Source: Algicola sp. (lineage in GTDB: Bacteria; Bacteroidota; Bacteroidia; Flavobacteriales; Flavobacteriaceae). From it: 64,000 nt of DNA. The translations under genes were made by a program, and so were the position numbers. Of this stretch, positions 1 to 10,022 are shown piece after piece. The stretch is from the NCBI GenBank assembly GCA_018222915.1, contig JAAEZI010000001.1, forward strand, positions 1-64,000, in the 5' to 3' direction. The notes under the pieces are model-generated. The model was given only the letters and a program-made list of their open reading frames with translations. It was not told where the DNA came from and did not search any database. The first letter of the stretch is position 1; each line of letters begins with the position of its first letter.

Positions 1-159
1 CATAGGAATACTATTAAGATGAGGGCGTAATTTTTTTTCATAGGGATCAATTGTTTTCAATTTTTGCCTAAAAGCAAACGTGCAAATTTAAGCAAAATTA
101 CTTTTAAATGTGTGGTTTTCAGCGTTTCAATTATTAACAAAATGTTATATTTTTACACA

Positions 160-633
160 ATGAATCCACCAAAAACATATACGGTCGACGAAGCGCAAAA
201 AGCCTTAGAAAGGTATTGTGCTTATCAAGATCGATGTCACAAAGAAGTCTCGCAAAAACTTTTTGATATGCGTATGATTCCTGAAGCAAGAGATCAAATT
301 ATTGTGCATCTGATACAACATGACTTTTTAAACGAAGAACGGTATGTGAATTCTTATGTTCGTGGAAAATTTAGGATTAAAAAATGGGGGAAACAACGTT
401 TAAAATTAGAGTTAAAAAGAAAAGACATACACACTTCTCTCATCAAGAAAGCACTTGATGCTATAGATTCTGATACCTATCTAGAGACGTTTAACGAACT
501 GGCACAAAAGAAGTGTGATGCCACACGTGAAACCAATAAACAGAAGAAGCGAAAAAAACTAGCCGATTATCTGTTTTACAGAGGCTGGGAGTCTCATTTG
601 GTCTATGATAAAATAAGAGAATTAGTTCCATAA
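160..633 (+). CDS. recX: Regulatory protein RecX. The track ORF starts at TTG 64; the likely true start is the ATG at 160 (MNPPKTYTVDEAQKALERYCAYQDRC...).
   Basis: About 157 aa with the RecX three-repeat helical signature (ALERYCAYQDRC, EERYVNSYVRGKF, ADYLFYRGW). ATG at 160 confirmed by reading. Confidence 0.75.
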   Translation: MNPPKTYTVDEAQKALERYCAYQDRCHKEVSQKLFDMRMIPEARDQIIVHLIQHDFLNEERYVNSYVRGKFRIKKWGKQRLKLELKRKDIHTSLIKKALDAIDSDTYLETFNELAQKKCDATRETNKQKKRKKLADYLFYRGWESHLVYDKIRELVP

Positions 634-636
634 AAA

Positions 637-668
637 AAGCACTCTGCAAAATGAGTGCTTTTTTTATT
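637..668. terminator. Bidirectional rho-independent terminator between convergent recX (+) and the OMP gene (-).
   Basis: aagcactc / gagtgctt 8-bp stem with loop tgcaaaat, followed by tttttt and preceded by aaaaaaa. Confidence 0.6.
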
Positions 669-688
669 TTTGTTATTGGAATGACCTA

Positions 689-1180
689 TTACAAATTGAA
701 AGATGCCCCAATATTTACAGCAAATTGGTTGTGAATATAGTAGCCTATATCGGTTTGATCATTGCTATATTTTGCTAACGGAAAGGTTGCTTCAGTAAAA
801 ATTCCAAAGCCATCACTAAAAAAGTAACGTGCACCAACATGACCACCAAAGTTTTTCAGGCTAAGACTTAATCCAGGGTAAAGATCAAAGTTGTCGTCAA
901 CATTAATTACGTTTCCGAGGTTCGCATTAAATCTTGCCTTTAAGTCGAAACGGTCTCCAAAATCAGCATTTAATCGGCTATCAATGCCTAAGGCATATGA
1001 CGAAGAAATACCTACGGAAATGTTTTCGCCTAAGCCATAGTCATAAGTTAAAGTGATTCCTGTAGCTTCGTCCTGAATATTGGCACCCACTTGAAATTTT
1101 TGATCACCTTGTCCTTCAAAAACCTGAGCATTCAGCATCGTTGCATTAACCAAAGCGATAAGTAAAATTAATTTTTTCAT
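689..1180 (-). CDS. Outer-membrane beta-barrel protein (OmpW/porin-family-like) with signal peptide.
   Basis: N-terminal MKKLILLIALVNATMLNAQ signal peptide, then alternating aromatic/glycine beta-strand pattern throughout. ATG start confirmed. Confidence 0.55.
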   Translation of the reverse strand: MKKLILLIALVNATMLNAQVFEGQGDQKFQVGANIQDEATGITLTYDYGLGENISVGISSSYALGIDSRLNADFGDRFDLKARFNANLGNVINVDDNFDLYPGLSLSLKNFGGHVGARYFFSDGFGIFTEATFPLAKYSNDQTDIGYYIHNQFAVNIGASFNL

Positions 1181-1243
1181 AATTTATTGTGTAAAAATTC
1201 GAGGTTGCAAATATATTATAACTTTTTTTACTGCGAGCTTGTT

Positions 1244-2110
1244 TTAATCAAATCTCTTTGAAGTTCGAGTAATCGCTTGTTCATTTTTCCAATCAATCCA
1301 TTTTTGCCCTTTAATGCGACGCATCAAATTATCAAAATGCCGCAGGATTAAAACATTATATAAGGCTTTACCTAAATTTTTAGGATGTCTTGCAATAGCA
1401 CGTAAACTCATGGAGAAACCAGGAGTTAGATATTTCATATAGTGCCAATAGCCTTCTGGCATATACAAAACTTCACCATGCTTTAATTCACACTCCCAAC
1501 CCTTAGCCTTTTTTAAAGCCGGCCATTTATCAAAATCAGGATTCGAAAAATCGATATCTTCCCGAGTGATTAATGAATGCGGAATCTTGTATAAATAGTC
1601 ATTTTGTTTCTGATCAAACAAAATGCATTGTTTTTTTCCTTCAAAATGAAAATGAAAGATATTAGCTAGATCAATATCATAATGCATAAACGTATGCGAA
1701 TTGGAGCCACCAAAAAATAACATCGGAAGACTTTTCATTAACTTCAAACCAAAGTCTGGATAGGAGTAATCATTTTGCAACTGAGGTATTTCCTTGAGGA
1801 TGTTCCAGAGAAAAATGCGATATTTAGTAGGTTCCTTTTTTAGTAAATCGACATAATCGCTCATTTTCATTTTAGCATGAGGCTCATTAAAACCATCTTT
1901 GTAGTCGACTGGTCTATCATCGTATAGCGGAACTATTTTATCTCCTGCTACAGCCTTCATGTAATCTAAACTCCATTTAGAATACGCAGGCCAATCTTCT
2001 ATAAATCGCTCAATAACCACAGGCTTTTGTGGCTTGAAATATTGCGAAATAAATTCCTCTTTGGTTATGGTTTGAACTCGAGGAATGTCTTGAAGATCCA
2101 ATGCAGACAT
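1244..2110 (-). CDS. Cupin-like / JmjC-domain protein.
   Basis: FFGGSNSHTFMHYD ... LYMPEGYWHYMKY motif arrangement typical of cupin_8/JmjC hydroxylases. Confidence 0.5.
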   Translation of the reverse strand: MSALDLQDIPRVQTITKEEFISQYFKPQKPVVIERFIEDWPAYSKWSLDYMKAVAGDKIVPLYDDRPVDYKDGFNEPHAKMKMSDYVDLLKKEPTKYRIFLWNILKEIPQLQNDYSYPDFGLKLMKSLPMLFFGGSNSHTFMHYDIDLANIFHFHFEGKKQCILFDQKQNDYLYKIPHSLITREDIDFSNPDFDKWPALKKAKGWECELKHGEVLYMPEGYWHYMKYLTPGFSMSLRAIARHPKNLGKALYNVLILRHFDNLMRRIKGQKWIDWKNEQAITRTSKRFD

Positions 2111-2239
2111 CGAAAAAAAGTTAGTTTACAAAGTTAATAAAACGTTATGAAACCTTATTAATTGCATGTTAAAATTTATGGTAGTTGAGTGCTAGAATTC
2201 TTGTGGTATCAACTCAACTTTCACTCAAAAAGAATGGCC

Positions 2240-3334
2240 CTAATTAGCGGCTTTAGCTTTCTGTTTAGCTTCTTCGTTTCTATCAATCTTGTGGTCAGGT
2301 CTTGACCATTTTGGTTTTTCTCCTAATGCCTGAAATTGAGAATTTTCAGCCTCAACTGTAGGTGGTTGCATTTTCTTAATGAATGGTTTTTGTGGCTGTA
2401 AACCCAATAGTTTGAACATTTCCATATCTTGATTCACATCTGGATTTGGTGTGGTCAAAAGTTTGTCACCAGCAAAAATAGAGTTGGCACCAGCGAAAAA
2501 GCACATGGCTTGTCCTTCTCGAGTCATTTCTGTACGTCCTGCACTCAAACGCACTTGAGTCTCTGGCATCACAATACGTGTTGTTGCCACCATTCTCACC
2601 ATATCCCAAATTGAAACGGGTTCTTGGTCTTCCATGGGTGTCCCTTCTACGGCCACAAGTGCATTTATTGGAACCGATTCAGGTTGTGGGTTCAAGGTTG
2701 ACAAAGCCACAAGCATTCCTGCTCTGTCTTCAACATGCTCTCCCATTCCGATAATGCCTCCTGAACAAACCGTGACATTCGTTTTTCTAACATTGTCAAT
2801 AGTTTCCAAACGGTCTTCATAACCTCTCGTAGAAATGACTTCCTTGTAATACTCTTCAGACGAGTCTAAATTATGGTTATAAGCATATAAACCAGCTTCT
2901 GCTAATCGCTGTGCCTGATTTTCGGTAATCATTCCTAAAGTGCAGCAAACTTCCATATCCAATTTATTAATGGTGCGCACCATTTCCAAAACCTGATCAA
3001 ACTCTTCACCATCTTTCACATTTCGCCAAGCGGCTCCCATACAAACCCTTGAACTTCCTGAAGATTTTGCGCGTAAGGCTTGGGCTTTTACTTGCTGAAC
3101 CGTCATTAAATCATTGCCTTCAATATTGGTATGATATCTTGCAGCCTGCGGACAATATCCACAATCTTCTGGGCAACCTCCAGTTTTTATGGATAATAAG
3201 GTCGATACTTGAACGGTGTTGGGATCGTGGTGTTTTCTATGAACCGTTGCGGCATCATACAACAACTCCATTAACGGTTTATTATAAATCTCTAAAATTT
3301 CGTCTTTTGTCCAATTATGTCTCGTTTCACTCAT
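2240..3334 (-). CDS. bioB: Biotin synthase, with a long C-terminal extension. Start chosen at MSETRHNW (3334) by alignment to the E. coli BioB N-terminus; an alternative ATG is at 3346 and the track TTG at 3361.
   Basis: Radical-SAM motif GGCPEDCGYCPQ; VSTLLSIKTGGC and YNHNLD blocks typical of BioB. Confidence 0.9.
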   Translation of the reverse strand: MSETRHNWTKDEILEIYNKPLMELLYDAATVHRKHHDPNTVQVSTLLSIKTGGCPEDCGYCPQAARYHTNIEGNDLMTVQQVKAQALRAKSSGSSRVCMGAAWRNVKDGEEFDQVLEMVRTINKLDMEVCCTLGMITENQAQRLAEAGLYAYNHNLDSSEEYYKEVISTRGYEDRLETIDNVRKTNVTVCSGGIIGMGEHVEDRAGMLVALSTLNPQPESVPINALVAVEGTPMEDQEPVSIWDMVRMVATTRIVMPETQVRLSAGRTEMTREGQAMCFFAGANSIFAGDKLLTTPNPDVNQDMEMFKLLGLQPQKPFIKKMQPPTVEAENSQFQALGEKPKWSRPDHKIDRNEEAKQKAKAAN

Positions 3335-3367
3335 GGGGAATTTCATCTTTATTGAATTCAAAAATAC

Positions 3368-4333
3368 CTATTTTATACCCATAAACTCCTCGAAAATCCT
3401 ATAAAATTTTTCAGGTTCTTCAAGGTAAGGGTTATGACCGCTTTGCTCAAACATTTCGAATTGTGCTTGTGGCATAAATGTCTTGTATTGAATGGCGAAC
3501 TCTGGTGTGGATACACCGTCATAGCGTCCGGCAACAATGAGTGTTTTGGCTTTTACAGCTTTCAATTGGCGTCGGTAATCTTGATTTATCATACTTCCGG
3601 AGACATCGAAGTCGCCATCAGGACCTATGATGGTTGTATAGACATCACCAGACCAACCTCTATAGTCTGTTTTAGGCGTTTTGGAGGTTAGTTTGGTGTC
3701 ATGGTAATAAATATACTTAATCGGAAAATTACCATAGACTGTTTTCAACGGCTCTTCACTTGAGAGATAGCCTAAGCTTCGCAAAGAGTCTACAACTTGC
3801 CATTTTTCAGGGAAATGTGTTTTTGCATAATGGTTATAGCTATCGCAGTTGGCTTGCCACATAGCACCCGAATGAAAGCCATTAATCAATACCAGTTTAT
3901 CTGCACGATCCTTATACTTAATGGCATATGCTTGAGCTGGAACTGTTCCGTAGGAATGTCCAACAATAGAAATTTTATCGAGTTTTAAGATTTTACGAAG
4001 TGCTTCAATCATCGCAACATCATTTTTGACGCTGTATTCAGAATTATCCTTGGCATCGTCACTTTTACCACGACCTAACCAATCGAAAAAGATAACTTGA
4101 TTTGACTTATAGTACTGGCCAAAAGCTCCTTGCATATAATCATGGGAATTACCAGGACCACCTGGTAAAAAGAAAATAGGATCCCCTTCTCCAAGGACTT
4201 CTACGTTGATGTTATAACCATCAATGGTGTAAAACTTAGATTCAAATTTATCAAAGATGTTAGGGTCTGTTTGAGCTTGAATGTTCAGTGCAGATTGCAA
4301 GAACACACAAATCAAGAAAAGATACGTTTTCAT
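3368..4333 (-). CDS. Secreted alpha/beta hydrolase (proline iminopeptidase-like fold).
   Basis: Signal peptide MKTYLFLICVFLQSALNIQAQ; GHSYG nucleophile elbow; C-terminal GHNPY-like His block. Confidence 0.7.
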   Translation of the reverse strand: MKTYLFLICVFLQSALNIQAQTDPNIFDKFESKFYTIDGYNINVEVLGEGDPIFFLPGGPGNSHDYMQGAFGQYYKSNQVIFFDWLGRGKSDDAKDNSEYSVKNDVAMIEALRKILKLDKISIVGHSYGTVPAQAYAIKYKDRADKLVLINGFHSGAMWQANCDSYNHYAKTHFPEKWQVVDSLRSLGYLSSEEPLKTVYGNFPIKYIYYHDTKLTSKTPKTDYRGWSGDVYTTIIGPDGDFDVSGSMINQDYRRQLKAVKAKTLIVAGRYDGVSTPEFAIQYKTFMPQAQFEMFEQSGHNPYLEEPEKFYRIFEEFMGIK

Positions 4334-4406
4334 TTTTTTCGATTTATGATAAAGATACTTATAAAGTTAACAACAAAAAAAATCCGCTCTAAAGCGGATT
4401 CTCTTA

Positions 4407-5834
4407 TTATTGATTGTCATCTTTTTTTGTCTTTGGAAGCGCATCAGCTTCTTTAGACTCTGACTTGTCTTTACCCTTTAAGTACTCTGGTAAATCCATA
4501 CCTGCCATATTAAAGACTTCTTGAAGTGGAGGAACCGATTTATACATTCCTGATAAGAAATTGGCAGTTGATGATTTGCCATCTTCACCTTTTCCACTAT
4601 CCCATACAGTCACTTTATCAATCTTAATATTCTTAATGGCATCGGCTTGAGTTTTCACTAATTCTGGTAATTTATCTGCGATTAATAATAATACAGCGTC
4701 ACGACTAGAATTACCTGCGGCTTTTACAATTTGTTCCATACCTGCTGCTTGCTTGGTAAGGATTTCAAATTGACCTTGAGCTTCCGCTTGGGCTTTAAAT
4801 AAAATCGCATCTGCTTCCCCTTTTGCTTTACGTCGAATACGCTCAGCTTCAGCTTCTGCATCAATCTCTACTTTGCGTTTATCGATTTCCGCAGGAACAA
4901 TTACATCTGCCATTTGAGACGAACGTTCACGCTCTGCTCTGGCAGTTTCTGCCTCTTGCTCTGCAGCATAAGATTCTTGCAATGCTTTTGCACTTTGTAC
5001 TTTTTCAGCAGCGATAGCTACACGCTCTGCTTCTGCTTCGCGTTGACGACGCAACGAATCGGAATTAGCCACTGCAATTTTTGCTGTGTTTTCACCTTCA
5101 ACTGCTTGTGCGTTGGCAGCAGCAACTTGCGTTCTTTCATCTTGTACAGCATTAGCTTCACCAATGGAACCATCTCTCGTTTTTTCAGCAACTGATTTAC
5201 GAGCCGCATTGATGGCATGTGCCGCAGCTTCTTTACCTAGCGCTTCAATGTAGCCTGATTCATCAACGATATCTGTAATGTTTACGTTGATTAATTTCAG
5301 ACCAACTTTCTTTAATTCGGTTTCAACACTTTGTGAAATATTGGTTAAAAATTTATCGCGATCGTTATTAATTTCTTCAATGTCCATAGAGGCCACAACC
5401 AAACGAAGTTGTCCGAAAATGATTTCCTTTGCCAGTTCTTGTACATCTTGCATTGCCAAACCTAAAAGACGTTCCGCAGCATTTTGCATCACACCAGGCT
5501 CCGTAGAGACACCAATAGTGAAACGAGACGGCACATTGACACGAATGTTTTGCTTGGATAAGGCATTGACTAAGTTGACCTCAATGGAAATAGGTGTTAA
5601 GTCTAAGAACTCATAATCTTGAATAACTGGAAAAATAAAGGCAGCACCACCATGAATACACTTGGCAGATTGTCCACCACCCACTTTTCCGTAGACCACT
5701 AAAATGCGGTCAGAAGGACAACGTTTGTAACGTTTGATCAAAATGATTAAGAAGACAAATACAATAAGGATTGCAATCACGATCACAATCGGAAAGCCTA
5801 AATCAAAGTTTTGTTGTGTCAGAAGGTAGTTCAT
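4407..5834 (-). CDS. Flotillin-like SPFH/band-7 protein (YqiK/FloT family).
   Basis: N-terminal TM segment then SPFH domain (RILVVYGKVGGG ... NVNITDI), then a long Ala/Glu-rich coiled-coil tail. Confidence 0.8.
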   Translation of the reverse strand: MNYLLTQQNFDLGFPIVIVIAILIVFVFLIILIKRYKRCPSDRILVVYGKVGGGQSAKCIHGGAAFIFPVIQDYEFLDLTPISIEVNLVNALSKQNIRVNVPSRFTIGVSTEPGVMQNAAERLLGLAMQDVQELAKEIIFGQLRLVVASMDIEEINNDRDKFLTNISQSVETELKKVGLKLINVNITDIVDESGYIEALGKEAAAHAINAARKSVAEKTRDGSIGEANAVQDERTQVAAANAQAVEGENTAKIAVANSDSLRRQREAEAERVAIAAEKVQSAKALQESYAAEQEAETARAERERSSQMADVIVPAEIDKRKVEIDAEAEAERIRRKAKGEADAILFKAQAEAQGQFEILTKQAAGMEQIVKAAGNSSRDAVLLLIADKLPELVKTQADAIKNIKIDKVTVWDSGKGEDGKSSTANFLSGMYKSVPPLQEVFNMAGMDLPEYLKGKDKSESKEADALPKTKKDDNQ

Positions 5835-6435
5835 AGGTTTCTGTTTTAATTGGTTCTATAGGTTTTTTAGTTTGTTCAACGATTAGGATACCATTGCTGG
5901 TTACGTCAACGACTTGGATAAGCGTCCCTGATTTTAATTCGACCAGTGAGTCTGAAAGCGCTTCCAATTCTCTTAATGACCCTTGGACTCTCACACTTAC
6001 TTTGCCCATTTTAGTGCGATTTGCGCCAACGGTGAGATAAATTTCACCAATAGCACCAATGGCATTTTTATAATTCAATGTTCCACTGTCTGCTAATTTT
6101 CGCATTGAAAAAAACATAGCAGCCATGATAGCCATCATTAATAAGCCACAACCAAAAGCTGTAATAACACTTACGGGTTTTGAAAATCCAGCGTTTATGC
6201 AGGCGACACCAGTCCACCCAAAAATGGTAAAAAATCCAACGAGATTTTTAAAGGTGATAAATTGAAAACCGATACCTGTGTCAGCATCCATATCCGTATC
6301 TAAGTCGCCTATATCATCACCACCATCCACACCAATAAATGTCGTGATCATTACAAAAACAAACATTAATGAGCCAATGAGTGCAATGATCCAAAAGAAT
6401 TTAGAGAACCCATCTAAAGCAGAAAACCATTCCAT
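5803..6435 (-). CDS. NfeD-like membrane protein (YqiJ family), partner of the flotillin.
   Basis: Multi-TM N-terminal half and a C-terminal OB-fold-like soluble domain (VSVRVQGSLREL...LIQVVDVTSNGILIV). Overlaps the downstream flotillin start by 32 nt, the classic nfeD-floT operon. Confidence 0.6.
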   Translation of the reverse strand: MEWFSALDGFSKFFWIIALIGSLMFVFVMITTFIGVDGGDDIGDLDTDMDADTGIGFQFITFKNLVGFFTIFGWTGVACINAGFSKPVSVITAFGCGLLMMAIMAAMFFSMRKLADSGTLNYKNAIGAIGEIYLTVGANRTKMGKVSVRVQGSLRELEALSDSLVELKSGTLIQVVDVTSNGILIVEQTKKPIEPIKTETYELPSDTTKL

Positions 6436-6494
6436 AAGGGTTAGTGTTTAAAATTAATATTGAAATATAAGACCTTTAAATCGGTCTAACAATT

Positions 6495-7667
6495 TTATTT
6501 TGAAAGTAAAATAGACACGGCATTTCCACCAAATCCAACCGCATTAATTAGGATGTATTTGATGTGTTTGGGTGCCACGGATTTTAAATAGGGAACGGGA
6601 ATAAACTTTTGATGTTGAAGCATCAAAATTGCCATTTCCACACTAAAAAGTCCAGAGGCTCCGAGGCTGTGACCTATCTTCCACTTATTAGTAGTAAGTG
6701 CAGGAGTTTTGTTACAAAAAATTTTGTCTATGGCATTTAGTTCAGCCTGATCTCCCTTGATAGTGCCTGGTGTATGAGTCACAATGATATCAATAGCATC
6801 AGGGCTTAAATCACCTAGAGCCATACGCATGGATTGTTGAAAACAGGTGGCGTTAGCTGATAATGACGCGCCGTGCTCTAATAGTTCTGTAGCGTAACCA
6901 ATACCACTGATGTGTGCTAAAGCGCTGGGTTTTATACCAGGTTCCAAGCAAGCGACAGCAGCGCCTTCTCCCAAAATCATTCCGTTATGTTTTTTATGAA
7001 TATTAAGCGCCTGATTGGGATATGGTGAATCTTTTAGTTTGTTTAAATTATTCTCGGGTCTCGCATAAATTTTTAATGCCTTCATTTGTGCAATCGTAAA
7101 AGGCGTTAATGGAGCTTCACTACCACCTACTAGGAATTTATCTGTCATACCTGCGGCAATCCATGCGATCCCATTCAGCATGGCATGTAGTGCCGTAGAA
7201 CAAGTAATGGAATGTGATATTTCTGGACCATTAGTTTGCAGATCATGTGCGACCCAAGATGAAATGTTACCAAGTGTTGTGGTAGGAGATGTTAACGTTT
7301 CTGTACTTTGTTGTTCCAGAAACTGCTTATGATAGTTTTCAAATAGTGATGTGGCACCTCGTGAGGATCCAATATTAATTCCGAAGTTATCGGAGGCGTC
7401 CCATTGGGCATTTTTAATGGCCTTGCGAGCAGCATAAATGGCAAATAGCACAGAATCGTCTAATGATTTGTACTTGAGGTTGGCGTTTTTCAGATGATCA
7501 ATATCTTGTCGTGATTCAGGTTTTATTTTGGCTAAAAGACCTTCATCACCGCTTGAAAAACAATGTTCATGGTGGTTATAGTGATTCCAAATATCACTTG
7601 ATATTGAGCCAAGTGGTGAAATGGAAGCTAGAGCTGTTATGGATATGGGTTGTTTTAGCAAGCACAT
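6495..7667 (-). CDS. Beta-ketoacyl-ACP synthase (KAS I/II-like, FabF/FabB family). The track start is TTG 7679; first ATG is at 7667.
   Basis: Active-site Cys in CSTALHAML, His blocks HTPGTIKGDQAE and KIGHSLGASG (Cys-His-His triad), N-terminal ISITALASISPLGS. Confidence 0.75.
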   Translation of the reverse strand: MCLLKQPISITALASISPLGSISSDIWNHYNHHEHCFSSGDEGLLAKIKPESRQDIDHLKNANLKYKSLDDSVLFAIYAARKAIKNAQWDASDNFGINIGSSRGATSLFENYHKQFLEQQSTETLTSPTTTLGNISSWVAHDLQTNGPEISHSITCSTALHAMLNGIAWIAAGMTDKFLVGGSEAPLTPFTIAQMKALKIYARPENNLNKLKDSPYPNQALNIHKKHNGMILGEGAAVACLEPGIKPSALAHISGIGYATELLEHGASLSANATCFQQSMRMALGDLSPDAIDIIVTHTPGTIKGDQAELNAIDKIFCNKTPALTTNKWKIGHSLGASGLFSVEMAILMLQHQKFIPVPYLKSVAPKHIKYILINAVGFGGNAVSILLSK

Positions 7668-7723
7668 GGTTTTGTGCAAAAATAGGATATTGTATATTTA
7701 TGATTAAATAATACCATTAGAAT

Positions 7724-8155
7724 ATGGAAGAAAAGAAACAAAAAAACTGGTTTGGAAGAAATTGGTTATGGGTATTACCTGTTGGTGGCTGTTTAACAGT
7801 CATTTTACTATTTGTTTTTGGAATTGGAGCTGCTATTTTTGGCGTTTCAAAAATTGTTAAGAATTCAGAGCCGTATGAACATGCTGTGAGCTTGGCTAAA
7901 TCCAATGATCGGGTGATGAATGCTTTAGGAGCTCCCATTGACACCTATGGTATTTTTAAAGGTAATATCAGTATAGAGAACAATCGAGGCGAAGCAGACC
8001 TTAAAATCCCGATTGAAGGAAAAAATGGCGAAGGAACGATTGTTGTTTTAGCTGAAAAAGCTAATGGAACATGGGACTATGACAGTTTGTATGTGCTTGT
8101 TAAAGACTCTCAAGAAAAAATACAATTGCAACCCAAGTTACTCGAAGTTGACTAA
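7724..8155 (+). CDS. Hypothetical single-TM membrane protein (possibly Coa1-like cytochrome oxidase assembly family).
   Basis: N-terminal basic stretch then TM WLWVLPVGGCLTVILLFVFGIGAAIF, then a soluble domain. Family assignment is from memory and weak. Confidence 0.35.
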   Translation: MEEKKQKNWFGRNWLWVLPVGGCLTVILLFVFGIGAAIFGVSKIVKNSEPYEHAVSLAKSNDRVMNALGAPIDTYGIFKGNISIENNRGEADLKIPIEGKNGEGTIVVLAEKANGTWDYDSLYVLVKDSQEKIQLQPKLLEVD

Positions 8156-9417
8156 ATAATGTCTAGAGCAGCTTCGATGGTATCGTAAACATGCTTTAGT
8201 TCTTTATCTGAAATCACGTAAGGAGCTAAAATGTATATCGTGTTTCCTAAGGGTCTTAAAAAGACGCTATGAGTCATAAAAAACTGGAATAATTTATCTC
8301 TTAAATGACCGTATCGTTGCATTTCTACATCAAGATCTAAAGCGAATATAATACCTGTTTGTCTTGTTGTTTTTACTTTAGGGTGGGATGACATATGTTG
8401 TGCAAATGCGTTGTGAGAACTTATGATTCGTTGAATATGCCGTTGTATGTCTTCAGATGTCAATAGTTCTATCCCAGCAAGTGCCGCTCTGCAAGCCAAA
8501 GGATTTGCCGAGTAAGTATGGCCATGAAAAAAACCTTTACTCATATCGTCACTATAAAAAGCGTCATAAATCTTATCCGAACAACTCGTAATAGCCATAG
8601 GCAATAATCCTGCAGTAAGTGCCTTACTCATACAGATTATATCTGGTTGAGTCGTCATTTGTTCTGAAGCAAAATAAGTACCGGTTTTGCCAAATCCCGT
8701 CATGACTTCATCGGCCACGGTAATAATGTCATTCGATTTGCAGGATTGTAAAATCAATTCTAATCCCTCTGCGTTATGCATTTTCATAGCAGCAGCTCCT
8801 TGAACCAAAGGTTCGTAGACAAAACCTGCTATTTGATATTTGGTAACAAGGTTTTCGATTTGTTTTAGGATATCTTGATGATTGGTGCCATTTGGTGTTG
8901 GAATACGGATGACTTCTAAAAAATATTCCTCAAAAGGACCGTTATAGACAGAAAGCCCAGAAACACTCATCGCTCCGAAAGTATCGCCGTGAAAGCCGTC
9001 TTCAAAAGCTAATAATACATGACGATGTTGTCCTTTGTTATAATGATATTGAAGTGCCATTTTTATGCCGATTTCAACGGCTGTAGAACCATTGTCACTA
9101 AAAAACAGCTTGTTTTGGTTTTTGGGAAGTATCTTTATCAGTGCTTCCGAAAGCGCTACAGCTGGCTCGTGGGTAAAGCCACTGAAAACAACTTGATCCA
9201 GCTGTTGCATTTGCTCCATGACTTGATTGGTAATGTGAGGGTTGCAATGACCATACATACAGGTATACCATGAGGCAATAGCATCAATATAGCTGTTGCC
9301 ATCTTCATCCGTTAGAATGCAACCTTTTGCCTTAGAAATTGCAATAGATTCCGGGTGTAATTTGTGTTGCGTCAGAGGATGCCACAGGTGCTTTTGATCG
9401 CGTTTTTTTAAACTCAT
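8152..9417 (-). CDS. bioA: Adenosylmethionine-8-amino-7-oxononanoate aminotransferase.
   Basis: Class-III PLP aminotransferase blocks (HLWHPLTQHKL, DEVMTGFGKTG, LGNTIYILAPYVIS). Overlaps bioD by 4 nt. Confidence 0.9.
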   Translation of the reverse strand: MSLKKRDQKHLWHPLTQHKLHPESIAISKAKGCILTDEDGNSYIDAIASWYTCMYGHCNPHITNQVMEQMQQLDQVVFSGFTHEPAVALSEALIKILPKNQNKLFFSDNGSTAVEIGIKMALQYHYNKGQHRHVLLAFEDGFHGDTFGAMSVSGLSVYNGPFEEYFLEVIRIPTPNGTNHQDILKQIENLVTKYQIAGFVYEPLVQGAAAMKMHNAEGLELILQSCKSNDIITVADEVMTGFGKTGTYFASEQMTTQPDIICMSKALTAGLLPMAITSCSDKIYDAFYSDDMSKGFFHGHTYSANPLACRAALAGIELLTSEDIQRHIQRIISSHNAFAQHMSSHPKVKTTRQTGIIFALDLDVEMQRYGHLRDKLFQFFMTHSVFLRPLGNTIYILAPYVISDKELKHVYDTIEAALDII

Positions 9418-10022
9418 AAATGGTCTTTAAATTTGTTGGCATATTCTTTAATGACATTTCTATCAAAGTAAGGTTCTTCATCAATGCGCCCAATAATATG
9501 GACGTTGGTCATTGATTTGATTATTGCTTCGGTTGTTTCATGCTGATTACCGCTAAACACGACAGATACGTCAAACCCTTTATTTTTTAACAAGTTAATG
9601 GTTAGTAAGGAATGGTTGATGCTCCCGAGATAATGTCTTGATACGACAATCACTTTATAATGCGGTTGAATGAGATCCAAAATGGTATGCGTTTTATTTA
9701 TGGGAACGAGTAATCCACCAGCACCTTCAATGACTAAATTGTTTTTTGTCTTTGGCGGTTTAATGCTCTTTAAGTTTATCACCACGTCGTCAATATCTGC
9801 AGCCGCATGTGGACTCATTGGTGTTTTTAAAGCATAGCTATTCCTGTGAAATTTCGACTGATTATTCGAGATGAAACGCGCCACCTTATGAGTGTCACTA
9901 TTGTCAAGTTCTCCAGCTTGAATAGGCTTCCAATAGTCGGCTTCTAGGGCTTCAGTGATGATGGCTGAAGCAATTGTTTTTCCAACATCGGTGCCAATAC
10001 CTGTGATAAAGTAAGTGTTCAT
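9414..10022 (-). CDS. bioD: Dethiobiotin synthase.
   Basis: P-loop YFITGIGTDVGKT at the N-terminus; size about 200 aa; sits between bioF and bioA. Confidence 0.85.
   Translation of the reverse strand: MNTYFITGIGTDVGKTIASAIITEALEADYWKPIQAGELDNSDTHKVARFISNNQSKFHRNSYALKTPMSPHAAADIDDVVINLKSIKPPKTKNNLVIEGAGGLLVPINKTHTILDLIQPHYKVIVVSRHYLGSINHSLLTINLLKNKGFDVSVVFSGNQHETTEAIIKSMTNVHIIGRIDEEPYFDRNVIKEYANKFKDHL

Noticed and set aside
2165-2215. Inverted repeat agttgagt...actcaact downstream of bioB as a terminator.
   Set aside because: The stem is only 8 bp with a 21-nt loop and a poor T-run on the relevant strand, so it is too weak to call.
3368-4333. Considered the alpha/beta hydrolase next to bioB as a BioH/BioG pimeloyl-ACP methyl ester esterase.
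   Set aside because: It has a clear N-terminal signal peptide, which suggests an exported enzyme, and BioH and BioG are cytoplasmic. No bioC partner is visible.
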